A DNA stretch of 64,000 bases, taken from a virus. This document shows positions 28,044-36,974 of this stretch, piece after piece. The notes under the pieces are model-generated. The model was not told the origin of the DNA, searched no databases, and saw nothing but the letters and a program-made list of their open reading frames with translations. Within the stretch, counting starts at the first letter, position 1. Each line of letters begins with the position of its first letter. A program made the translations under genes and the position numbers. Location: IMG/VR virus record IMGVR_UViG_3300028800_000060, positions 64,001 to 128,000 of that record. One strand, written 5' to 3'.

Positions 28044-29039
28044 ATGAGCTTTGCATCATACAAAAAGAGTCGTACAGATTTAACAAGTTTAAATAAAAAA
28101 GTAGAAGAAATTGCCGAAGGTACTCGAAAGTCTTTTAAAGACGAGCGTATTTGGAGAGTTACCGTCGATAAAGCTGGTTCTGGTTCCGCCCGCCTCAGGT
28201 TTTTATCTGCCCCAGATGGAGAAGATCTTCCTTGGGTTCAATATCACGAACATAATTTTTCTATCAATGGGTCTTATTTTATAGAATTATGCCCGACCAC
28301 ATTAGGACGTGAATGCCCTGTCTGTAAGGCAAACAATGTTTTGTGGAATCTTGATGGTGGTGTTAAGGAAAATCAGGATATTGTTCGTAATAGAAAACGT
28401 AAGTTAGTCTATATTTCCAATATCTACGTCATTAAAGATAAAGAAAATACAGAAACCGAAGGAAAGGTTTATCTTTATCAATACGGACAAAAAATCTTCG
28501 AGAAGATCAAAATGGCATTAAAGCCTAAGGATGAAGATGATCCTGCTGTTAATGTTTTTGATTTTTGGGAAGGTGCTGATTTTGCTTTAGAAGTAAAGAA
28601 TGTTGCTGGTTATCGTAATTACGATGATAGTAAATTCAGGGCACCGTCAGCCTTATTGTCTGGCGATGATAAGAAACTCGAAGAGATTTATAAGAAGTTA
28701 TATCCACTTCTTCCCTTCAAGGATGAAAAGAAATTTAAGTCCTACGAAGAGTTGGAAAAGAAATTCAATGATGTAATTTCTGGAGTAAAAGGAAAAGTAC
28801 AGAAAAAAGCTGATCAACTTTTCCCTGAAACCGCGCCAGTGGCCGCCGATGCACCAGCGCCAAAGAAAGAACGTAAACCTAAAGAAACTGCCACAGAAGA
28901 AACACCTTGGAAGGAACCTACACGCAAGCCCAAGGCATCTTCTAAAAAAGAACCAAAAACTGAACCAACAGTTGAAGATGTTCCTTTAGAGGATAATGAT
29001 GCATTAAATTATTACGAACAACTAGCAGAAGAAAACTAA
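28044..29039 (+). CDS. 32: single-stranded DNA-binding protein gp32
   Basis: DERIW...DKAGSG.A.LRFL, IELCPTTLG..CPVC, FDFWEGADF, YRNYD.S.F, acidic tail; start moved to ATG 28044. Confidence 0.95.
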   Translation: MSFASYKKSRTDLTSLNKKVEEIAEGTRKSFKDERIWRVTVDKAGSGSARLRFLSAPDGEDLPWVQYHEHNFSINGSYFIELCPTTLGRECPVCKANNVLWNLDGGVKENQDIVRNRKRKLVYISNIYVIKDKENTETEGKVYLYQYGQKIFEKIKMALKPKDEDDPAVNVFDFWEGADFALEVKNVAGYRNYDDSKFRAPSALLSGDDKKLEEIYKKLYPLLPFKDEKKFKSYEELEKKFNDVISGVKGKVQKKADQLFPETAPVAADAPAPKKERKPKETATEETPWKEPTRKPKASSKKEPKTEPTVEDVPLEDNDALNYYEQLAEEN

Positions 29040-29061
29040 ATGTAACCCAATTTGGGAATGC

Positions 29062-29102
29062 AAAGGGCGCTTAGATCGAAAGATCAAAAGCGCCCTTTTT
29101 TA
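29062..29102. terminator. bidirectional intrinsic terminator
   Basis: AAAGGGCGCTT-AGATC-GAAA-GATC-AA-AAGCGCCCTTTTTT. Confidence 0.85.
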
Positions 29103-29202
29103 TGCTTTTTTGTGCGGATAAGTACTTGCCCCTACTCTGATACGCTTTTATGTCTGAAAACGCAAGGCCGAGTCTGGGAACGCAAGGGAATGTACTTTTA
29201 AA

Positions 29203-31977
29203 TTAACTGTGAACGCTGTTTCTGTATCTTGTATCTCTATATGTATTATCCGTATTATGTGGTTGTTGCTGTTGAGCTAATACAGTAGTGTTATTTTGTT
29301 GGTTATTTGTCGGAGCAATAATATTACCCCCTCCGCTTCCTTTTTTAGAAGCTATGTCTGCCTTTTTATCCTCATTATCTTTTGTTGCAGCCAATAAAGT
29401 TTTACCTTGTGCGGGTGGTTCTTTTTGTGCCATATCAACATTTGGTGCTTTATAACCAAAAGCTATAGCTTCATCATCTCTTCGTGCTTGTAAACCTTTA
29501 CTAAATTCTAGTTTGCCAGATTTATTAGGCACCTTATTATATTCTCTCATTTTTTCACCAGCTTTTTGGGCTGAATCATGATTACCAGAATTCAAAATTG
29601 ATGCGATATTTTTTAATTTCCCCACACCTACGTTATAACTAAAATCCACAAGTGAATCAAACATTTGCTGAGAAATTGGTACTTTAACTGCATCATTAAC
29701 CGCACTCTCATATTTACCAAGATCTTTAGCTAATAATTGTGTAGCTTGTTCGGGAGTAATTTCTGTAAATTTTTCACCAGGTTGAATTTGATGTCCGTAA
29801 CCTATAGAGAATTTACCTGAACCGGGAGGATCAGGAAAAGGTTTCAACGCCCATTTAGGAAGTCCTTCATATTTCTTTAATCTATTAATTCCTTCAGAAC
29901 TCATCTTCATATTATTTTTTCCTCCATTTTTCGTTAATAACGATGGTGTATTTTCCGGTTTTGTTTCTATTGGTTTTTCCCTTTTCATTACTTCTGATGC
30001 GGGATTTACACCATTAAATCCTTGCATTACAAGAGGAACAGTTGACTTTGGTGCAATAATAGTTCCTGTAGGAGCTTTTATTGCTGGTGTTTTATCTGCT
30101 ATCTTCGGTGAAGAGTTTATTATTTGCTCCGGTTTTTTAATATCAACATGTTCCTGTTCTTTTTCCTTTTCTTCTTCGGGATAAGAGAATGTCTTTTTTG
30201 CTATATCTGGATAATGTTGCAATAACCAATCTTTAAATAAACCATTATGTTTTTTATCATCCGTAAATTTTCCGAATTTTTCGTTTACTTTACGAACCCA
30301 AATACCATAAGGCATCCACCAAGGCTTTTCTACAGGCACTTTCATATCCCGCAAAAATTCAGCCATTTTATCAGTCCAGTTTTCTGCTGATACCCCATTT
30401 TTCTGTTCGCGAGCTTCACTAGCTCCTTTTGTGGCTACTTTTTCAATTAATTTAGCACCAGTAATACCAATAAGGGCCCCCGCACCTACGCCAGTAGCCG
30501 ATAATCCAACAACACCCGCAGTTGTTGCCGCTGCTCCACCTAAAGCAGCTTCTACTCCACCTGCGGCTGCTCCAGCAGCTTCTACTCCACCTGCGGCAGC
30601 TTCTACTCCACCTGCGGCAGCTTCTACTCCTGTTCCTATACCTAAAAGCCGTTTAATTAATCCTGCTCCACCCCGTAAAGCTTTCAATCCTAAATTAAGT
30701 TCTGTAAATTCACCAACTGTTTTAGTAATTGTATCTGTCAAAGAACCTTGTTTAGTATCTGTACCCGGTTTCATTAAACCGGTTTCTTTTTTTCCCGGAC
30801 CGAGTAGTTTTATGGAATTAATTAATTCTGCGTGTTCTCTCCGTGCAATAATCCGATTTTCTTCGTCTTCATCTAGTTGGTCATCGGTTTTAGTCTTATC
30901 ATCCTTGTGATTTTTTTCCAAAGTTTCATTTATTTTAACCGCAACTATTTTAAGATCTCCAACTTCACGTTCAAGCTTTTCTTGCGGAGCAATACCGCTA
31001 AAACCAGGAACAACACCTGGCTGTCTTTGAACATAATTACCTTCTTCAAAACCTTTAGCAAAATGTCCTTTAGCATTCCGTTTTCTTATTTTGCCTGATC
31101 CCAACAATTTAGGTGCGTTTTGTTGTGCTACAAAATCATCTGATGGAGGAGGTGTTACGATTGGTGGTGGAGGCGTTATTATCGGGTCATTTGGTTTTCT
31201 TTCAGCAGCCCCCTTTATTTCCCGGGAACTATATGGATGAGATGTGCGGGCCCTCTCCCTAGCTTCTTCGTGTTCTCTTTTTTCTTGCGAATTTAATAAT
31301 CTAGGAGGTGTAATATCTGGTGGATTTGGTGGATTAGCTTCATAATCTGCTGCCGCATAAGTTTGATCTCCAATATCCTCATATTCAGCATCTACAATAT
31401 TTACCTTCGGTATTGGACCTGTAGTTTCTTCTGGTTCATTTTCTTGCTGCGCTCGTTTTCTACTTTTAGGTTCTTTGGGTTCTCGTGTACTTTTTCTTCT
31501 GCGGCGTCCCCCACCCTCTGTTTCTTCATAATCTTCTCCCGAACCTCTTCTAGAAGATCTTCTTTGTGGACGTAAAGACCCTTCCATTTGTTTTTGTAAA
31601 CGTTCACGGCGCTTGTGAAGGTAAACACGGAATTCAGCAATACCAAAATCATTTTCTTTTTTGGCAGCCTCTTTGGCCATTCTAAATCTTTCAAACATAT
31701 ACTTGATACCTAAATTAATAAGTGGCGACTTACTAGTAAAAGCAACGAGCATATTTTCAGCATCATATCCCTGTTTTTTAAGGAAATTATTTACATGAGA
31801 ATTTACTTCATTCGCACGTTTTCCCGAATTTTTTGCTGCATTACGGACAGCCCTAACTCGTATTTCCGCATCATACATCGCCTTTTCTGTTTCACTCAAT
31901 GTTTCGCGAATTTTTTTGGCCATTTCAGAAACGGCGGCATTAACTTGGTCAACCTGTTTTTTGATATTGCTGTCCAT
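29203..31977 (-). CDS. tape-measure/baseplate-hub-like protein with GH24 lysozyme domain
   Basis: Helical N-terminus, Gly/Ala hydrophobic stretch, SSEGINRLKKYEG..D..G..SIGYGH..FDSLVDFSYNVG..GLQARR..E, and C-terminal IIAPTNNQQNNTT. Confidence 0.75.
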   Translation of the reverse strand: MDSNIKKQVDQVNAAVSEMAKKIRETLSETEKAMYDAEIRVRAVRNAAKNSGKRANEVNSHVNNFLKKQGYDAENMLVAFTSKSPLINLGIKYMFERFRMAKEAAKKENDFGIAEFRVYLHKRRERLQKQMEGSLRPQRRSSRRGSGEDYEETEGGGRRRRKSTREPKEPKSRKRAQQENEPEETTGPIPKVNIVDAEYEDIGDQTYAAADYEANPPNPPDITPPRLLNSQEKREHEEARERARTSHPYSSREIKGAAERKPNDPIITPPPPIVTPPPSDDFVAQQNAPKLLGSGKIRKRNAKGHFAKGFEEGNYVQRQPGVVPGFSGIAPQEKLEREVGDLKIVAVKINETLEKNHKDDKTKTDDQLDEDEENRIIARREHAELINSIKLLGPGKKETGLMKPGTDTKQGSLTDTITKTVGEFTELNLGLKALRGGAGLIKRLLGIGTGVEAAAGGVEAAAGGVEAAGAAAGGVEAALGGAAATTAGVVGLSATGVGAGALIGITGAKLIEKVATKGASEAREQKNGVSAENWTDKMAEFLRDMKVPVEKPWWMPYGIWVRKVNEKFGKFTDDKKHNGLFKDWLLQHYPDIAKKTFSYPEEEKEKEQEHVDIKKPEQIINSSPKIADKTPAIKAPTGTIIAPKSTVPLVMQGFNGVNPASEVMKREKPIETKPENTPSLLTKNGGKNNMKMSSEGINRLKKYEGLPKWALKPFPDPPGSGKFSIGYGHQIQPGEKFTEITPEQATQLLAKDLGKYESAVNDAVKVPISQQMFDSLVDFSYNVGVGKLKNIASILNSGNHDSAQKAGEKMREYNKVPNKSGKLEFSKGLQARRDDEAIAFGYKAPNVDMAQKEPPAQGKTLLAATKDNEDKKADIASKKGSGGGNIIAPTNNQQNNTTVLAQQQQPHNTDNTYRDTRYRNSVHS
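30545..30632 (-). repeat. 21-bp coding repeats (GVEAAAG)
   Basis: GCAGCTTCTACTCC(ACCTGCG) occurs four times. Confidence 0.85.
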
Positions 31978-31989
31978 AAATTTCCTGTG

Positions 31990-32190
31990 TTATTGTTGGG
32001 GGTTTTTAGAATCGTATTTAGTTATTTGTTTTGCACTGACGAATGTTGTAAATGCCGTGCCGAAGTTTTGCCATATTTCTTTTTGCTTGGTCATTACACC
32101 ATATAAAGTCAAAGAGAAAAGCATTAATAAAATGGCACCAGTTAGCGAAAATGCATCTATTAGTTTATAAAACCAACTATTTTTTTCCAT
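31990..32190 (-). CDS. small membrane protein
   Basis: One strong hydrophobic segment; TAAATA 7 nt upstream. Confidence 0.6.
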   Translation of the reverse strand: MEKNSWFYKLIDAFSLTGAILLMLFSLTLYGVMTKQKEIWQNFGTAFTTFVSAKQITKYDSKNPQQ

Positions 32191-32192
32191 TT

Positions 32193-32369
32193 TTATCTAT
32201 TTAACCTCTCTTGTTCTTCCTTAACATATTTTGCTACCAATTCCACATAAATATTTCTTTCCCAAGGAATCATTTCTTCTAACTCCGTCAATGAATATTT
32301 GTAATGTAACATCATTGCATGATTGGTTAACAACAAGTTGCCTAAGGTTTCATGGCGGAGTCCAAGGCT
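32193..32369 (-). CDS. 51: baseplate hub assembly protein gp51-like frame (own ATG at 32315, or reached by -1 frameshift from gp26)
   Basis: SLGLRHETLGNLLLTNHAMMLHYKYSLTELEEMIPWERNIYVELV; missed by the ORF track. Confidence 0.85.
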   Translation of the reverse strand, partial: SLGLRHETLGNLLLTNHAMMLHYKYSLTELEEMIPWERNIYVELVAKYVKEEQERLNR

Positions 32370-33127
32370 AAAAAACTTCTGGTTCCTTCAACAACTATAT
32401 CAACCTCATATTTACATTTCGGACATTTGAAATGTATTTTATGACGAATTGCTGGAATGGTGTCAAAAAATTTCATAATCTTGGCGAATTGAGTTTCCGA
32501 AAGAGATTCTAAAAATTCACGCAATTCTTTAACATCCATAAATTCTCGTTCATAACATTTTCCCGCTGCATCATATATCATTTCCACGCAATCGATAATG
32601 ATATTAAAAGATTCTTCTATATCATTTGTTTCCAAAACAGTATTTAATTTTTGAAAATTCTCGAATGTGGGATAACGCAGAATTATCCCAATACCATCTT
32701 GAAGAGTAATTTTTGGATTATTTTCGGGGTTCTTAGTTACTTCAATTTCATCCAAATTAACGGGACACTGAACCACATTTCCACAATAATCACGAGTTTC
32801 ACCATTATGGTCTTGTATTGTTGTACCATTAGGTAATTTATTTTGACATACAAATGGTATTACGGCAATTTCTTCGACAGATTTACTACGAATTTTTAAC
32901 CAAACATAATCAATATCAAAAACTGGCATCTTAGCAACATCAATATTGCCTGTAATAATACAATTTTGTATCACTTGGCGAAGTGCTCTAATTTGGGTTT
33001 CTTCATCATCATCTACTGCCATTAATAATATTTTTTCTTCTTTGACAGTAAAGGGACGATATGTAATTTGTTTTCCTGAAGATGGCAAATTCAATGTGTA
33101 TGTAGGTACTTTTAGTTGAGGTAGCAT
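32342..33127 (-). CDS. 26: baseplate hub assembly protein gp26
   Basis: LP....PTY.L.LPSSG..I.YRPF.VKEEKILL, FDIDY..LKIRSKSV.E, FF..IP, CPKC, EG..SF. Confidence 0.9.
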   Translation of the reverse strand: MLPQLKVPTYTLNLPSSGKQITYRPFTVKEEKILLMAVDDDEETQIRALRQVIQNCIITGNIDVAKMPVFDIDYVWLKIRSKSVEEIAVIPFVCQNKLPNGTTIQDHNGETRDYCGNVVQCPVNLDEIEVTKNPENNPKITLQDGIGIILRYPTFENFQKLNTVLETNDIEESFNIIIDCVEMIYDAAGKCYEREFMDVKELREFLESLSETQFAKIMKFFDTIPAIRHKIHFKCPKCKYEVDIVVEGTRSFLALDSAMKP

Positions 33128-33132
33128 AGTTT

Positions 33133-33867
33133 TTATTTATTTCCTGAAGGATATATTGTTTTTTCAAAACCTTCGGGTGCACCACCCGCAGGTTGTATTG
33201 TCGTTGGTGTTCCAGAATTAACTCTTAAGTTTACCCATTTACGATATGTAAAGGTAATTGCTAATGTATGGTACGTATTGAATTGATCGTATGCCAATCC
33301 CATTTGTCCGATAGTGATAGGCCAACATTGGAAAAATCGTACACCATAATTAGCAACATCAAATTCATCTAATTGGAAAATATCCATTGTTGTTCCATAT
33401 TCCGATACATAATTAAAATCACTGGTTTCCGGATCTTGTACCGTATATGACCAAGCATCGAAGAAATGCCGCTCAATCATATCTTTTCCCACTATGAATG
33501 TTAGTGGTATATTTGCATACACATCCACAAAAGGCATCTGGAAAAATGAACCATAGGTTCTAACATCAGATGCATTGAATGACTTACCAGGTAATTCAGC
33601 CTTGCAACACATGAAATCCAAACGATTGGGTATATCAGTTTGTGATATACCCATCTGTTGAAAGTAATTAGGAACAATACCGTAAGATTGCGGACTTAAA
33701 CCTGTTCTTCCTGATAAGAAGGCTATGTTATCCCTTTGGTCTTGTGTTGTAGTATTTTGTAATACACCTGTTAGATTTGGTGGAACAATTTGAACTGCAA
33801 ATCTATTTGGTCGTGCAAGGCCGCCAGCCGCTGTGATTTGAGAAATTAATTCTTGTACTCTAGCCAT
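33133..33867 (-). CDS. tail-tube initiator (gp54/gp19-fold)
   Basis: GGLARPNRF.V, C..AELPG, FFD.W, WP..IG, ITFTYR.W. Confidence 0.8.
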   Translation of the reverse strand: MARVQELISQITAAGGLARPNRFAVQIVPPNLTGVLQNTTTQDQRDNIAFLSGRTGLSPQSYGIVPNYFQQMGISQTDIPNRLDFMCCKAELPGKSFNASDVRTYGSFFQMPFVDVYANIPLTFIVGKDMIERHFFDAWSYTVQDPETSDFNYVSEYGTTMDIFQLDEFDVANYGVRFFQCWPITIGQMGLAYDQFNTYHTLAITFTYRKWVNLRVNSGTPTTIQPAGGAPEGFEKTIYPSGNK

Positions 33868-33870
33868 GTG

Positions 33871-34596
33871 TTAACTCTTTGTTGGCAACCCATTTTTAGG
33901 TGCAACTTTTGCTTTTGTTGATGTTGTGGGAGTCCCTTTTGGAAGACCATTAGTTGAAGGTCCTTTTTGTGTTCCTGCTATAATAGCTTCAGAATCAGAC
34001 CATACGAAAGTTTTTCCTTTTTTAGAAAAGTTTTCAACTGGAAGAAACAATGCTGTTTCCCAATCAGGTGCTTCAATTTTAATATAATTTGACATTACAT
34101 GTTTATCGAGATACCGTTTTAAACATGGTTTAAAAGATTTAAATCTCGCCATACTTCTGAGAGACCGGTATGCCAACGCTAAACGGGCTCTCGGATCAGT
34201 TTGTGGTTTATTAATTACCGTAAGTAATTCATTAAATAACATTAGGCGACTTTTATATCCGAGATAATGTAAATTTATTCCCAAAAATCCATCAGTATAG
34301 AATTGTATTGGAAATACTAAAGGAAATTTATCATAATAAGGAAGTGTCTTTTTTAATTTAGGGTCATATACAAATAAGTACATAAAACCCTGAAAGGTAA
34401 TTTTCTTTGTCCTTTTTGTATCGTTCAACAATTCAGTTCTTAATGCTGATCCACGGTAATAGTGGGGGTCTTCTCCATATCCACTTAAAATTCTAATCTG
34501 GTTTCTGAACCATTTTATGGAGTCGTCTACTGATTTTGCGACGGGTTGAGATTTTAATTTTTCTCTAACCTTGTCAAGTATTGAAATTTGTGGCAC
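33871..34596 (-). CDS. 2: DNA end protector gp2
   Basis: MYLFVYDPKLK.TLPYYD.FPLV, GF.GINLHYL, PC.KRYL..HV, W.TA.FLP.E.F. Confidence 0.92.
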   Translation of the reverse strand: MPQISILDKVREKLKSQPVAKSVDDSIKWFRNQIRILSGYGEDPHYYRGSALRTELLNDTKRTKKITFQGFMYLFVYDPKLKKTLPYYDKFPLVFPIQFYTDGFLGINLHYLGYKSRLMLFNELLTVINKPQTDPRARLALAYRSLRSMARFKSFKPCLKRYLDKHVMSNYIKIEAPDWETALFLPVENFSKKGKTFVWSDSEAIIAGTQKGPSTNGLPKGTPTTSTKAKVAPKNGLPTKS

Positions 34597-34608
34597 AATA
34601 GTATTTAG

Positions 34609-35046
34609 TTAAGTACAATCAGTTTCGGTCATAATTTTAAATTCATAACCAGTTTTTTCACACCAACTTCTAGCTGCTTTCCATTTCATTTGATTTACAG
34701 CAAATGTTGCCAATGCTGTTTTATATCTCCTGGTTTTTCTTTTACTTTTTGGTAATATAGGAAGAGAACATTGTGAAAGTGGTTTCACTTCAATAAGATA
34801 TTTCTTTTCTGATCCATCACTACTTCTAACTTTAACTAAAAAGTCTGGAAAATATTGGTGTATTTTGCCATCTAAAGGTGATAGATATGGTAAACTCAAT
34901 TCTTCTGATGACCAAAATAAAATATTAGGATTACAATCAAATGTTTTCATACAATTTCGTTCCCAATTACTACGATAAATGATCTTGGTCGGATCACCTT
35001 TATATTTTTCGGGGTGTTGCGGTGTATATTTACCTTTATATGCCAT
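34609..35046 (-). CDS. 4: head completion nuclease gp4
   Basis: YKGKY.P..P.KYKGDP..IIYRS.WE, WSSEE, YFPDF, IEVKP, NQ.KW.AA. Confidence 0.93.
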   Translation of the reverse strand: MAYKGKYTPQHPEKYKGDPTKIIYRSNWERNCMKTFDCNPNILFWSSEELSLPYLSPLDGKIHQYFPDFLVKVRSSDGSEKKYLIEVKPLSQCSLPILPKSKRKTRRYKTALATFAVNQMKWKAARSWCEKTGYEFKIMTETDCT

Positions 35047-35072
35047 TATAAATATTTATGGGAGGCAATACC

Positions 35073-35393
35073 ATGTATGCCGATTTAATCCTTTATACCG
35101 ATCCTTCGCGTCCTTTAATTAATCCCAAATTTGATTTATTTGCCTGGCTCGACCTAGAAAGAACGCCAGTTTTATTTCCTGCAAAGAAAGTGGATATAGT
35201 ACATCTTACTTTACCAGAAAAATGTAAAACAATGACACGATTCCCCGATGATATTTGGGAATTTATTTCCTGGCAAGTAGAAGAACGCGGTTATGCCGTA
35301 GTTAGAGAAATTGATTCTGATTGGTTTTATTGGGCTATTCTTGCTAATAAATTTTATTTATTAAAGAATATGAGTTTATTCCAAAACAACTAA
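35073..35393 (+). CDS. hypothetical protein
   Basis: GGAGG SD before ATG 35073 (track uses 35058). Confidence 0.55.
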   Translation: MYADLILYTDPSRPLINPKFDLFAWLDLERTPVLFPAKKVDIVHLTLPEKCKTMTRFPDDIWEFISWQVEERGYAVVREIDSDWFYWAILANKFYLLKNMSLFQNN

Positions 35394-35402
35394 ATATGGA
35401 AT

Positions 35403-36443
35403 ATGCCAGTAAAATTTCCATCGGGTAACATCAACGACCGTCAAAGCGCATCAAATCCATTAAAAGCTTTAGAGAATGACGGTTACAATGTTTCTAGTTT
35501 TACATATCCTATTGATTTAACAAATGACCCAGGTGAAAACCATATGGTTGTTTTCTATATCAATGAGTCTACAAATACACAATTCCAAACTAATACCCAA
35601 CAAGGTGTTATTAATCATGATATAAATGGAAATGCCGTATCTTTAAATCCCACTGGAACAAGTAGGTACAATAGTAGCAAGGGAGTGTCTGATTCTCTAC
35701 CTACAAATGCACCAACAATCAATGGCACATCGAATGTTTCAACATTTAATATAAGGCCTATCAATCGCGTGAGTACAAGTATCGCACTTTATATTCCACC
35801 ATTGGTACAAACTAGTTACCAAACTGATTGGGGAACGGTTGATTTTGCTGCCGCAGGTGGAGTTGCAAAAGCTTTATTGAATCAAAATGGACCTGACGTT
35901 ATAAAAGCTCTGGGAGAAGTTGGTATAGGAACACTTTCAGGTCTTTTAGACAGTGCTAAGGATGCTGCAAGTGGTAAATTAGGCATTACTGCTGAATTGG
36001 AAGCTGGCGTTTCTTTTGGTACTCGTGCATTAAGGAATCCAAATACTGAAATGTTATTTCGAGGAATTGGTTTCAGACAATATCAATTTGATTTCAAATT
36101 CACCCCAAGATCTGACCAAGAATCTCTTAATGTGTCCAATATTATTAAAGCATTTAAATTCTACGCATCTCCAGAAGTAAGGTCTGCTAATAATACACCA
36201 CGTTATTATATTTGGCCAGCCGAATTTGATATTGAATTCTGGAGTAATGGAAGATTAAACAATTTCATTAATAAAATTTCTACTTGTGCTTGCACTAATG
36301 TAACCGTCAATTATACAGGTTCAAATGGATGGTCAGCATTTCGTCCTGGTAGCTTGAATGGAATGGGTGTTGAGACCAACTTATCGCTTCAATTCCAAGA
36401 ACTCGAAATTATCACAAAAAATCGCGTACTCCAGGGATTCTAA
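35403..36443 (+). CDS. 48: baseplate tail-tube cap gp48
   Basis: YP.DL, I.LYIP, NP..EMLF.G..FR.Y.F.FKF.PRS..ES, L.F.ELE. Confidence 0.88.
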   Translation: MPVKFPSGNINDRQSASNPLKALENDGYNVSSFTYPIDLTNDPGENHMVVFYINESTNTQFQTNTQQGVINHDINGNAVSLNPTGTSRYNSSKGVSDSLPTNAPTINGTSNVSTFNIRPINRVSTSIALYIPPLVQTSYQTDWGTVDFAAAGGVAKALLNQNGPDVIKALGEVGIGTLSGLLDSAKDAASGKLGITAELEAGVSFGTRALRNPNTEMLFRGIGFRQYQFDFKFTPRSDQESLNVSNIIKAFKFYASPEVRSANNTPRYYIWPAEFDIEFWSNGRLNNFINKISTCACTNVTVNYTGSNGWSAFRPGSLNGMGVETNLSLQFQELEIITKNRVLQGF

Positions 36444-36974
36444 ATGACACCGTATTTTAATAAATTCCCAAAAATCGCATATGATATCGATGGCACAGGA
36501 ACCAATAATCGCCTAGTCATTGACATATTACATCGTGCCAAATTCATCGATATTGTTCGACAAAATTTAATCATCTTCTATCCATATCACATAAAAGAGG
36601 GAGAAACACCCGAAATTATATCTGCCAAATTATATGGATCTCCACAATATCATTGGGTTATTTTATATGCGAATAATATCCACAATCTATGGACAGATTG
36701 GCCCTTGTCATATGACCAAATCCAAGCATATTTAACCCAAAGATATGGATCAGTTCCTACTGCACAAACAACGGTAGATCATTATGAAGATAAATTTGGT
36801 AATTTTATAGACTTAACAACCTATAATGCCACATTCTCACAAGGTAGTGTGATTATTTACGCCGATCAATACGCATATCGATTGAATGAAGCTAAAAAAT
36901 TAATAACACTTCCAGATCCTAAATTTGTTCCACAAATAGAAAATGAATTAGACCAACTTTTGGTAACACAATAA
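36444..36974 (+). CDS. 53: baseplate wedge gp53
   Basis: YF..FP.I.Y, I.EGETPE.IS.KLYG...YHWVIL..N.I......WP. Confidence 0.9.
   Translation: MTPYFNKFPKIAYDIDGTGTNNRLVIDILHRAKFIDIVRQNLIIFYPYHIKEGETPEIISAKLYGSPQYHWVILYANNIHNLWTDWPLSYDQIQAYLTQRYGSVPTAQTTVDHYEDKFGNFIDLTTYNATFSQGSVIIYADQYAYRLNEAKKLITLPDPKFVPQIENELDQLLVTQ

Noticed and set aside
29136-29160. Hammerhead ribozyme (CTGA...GAAA)
   Set aside because: CTGATAC does not match CUGANGA and the flanking stems do not fit.
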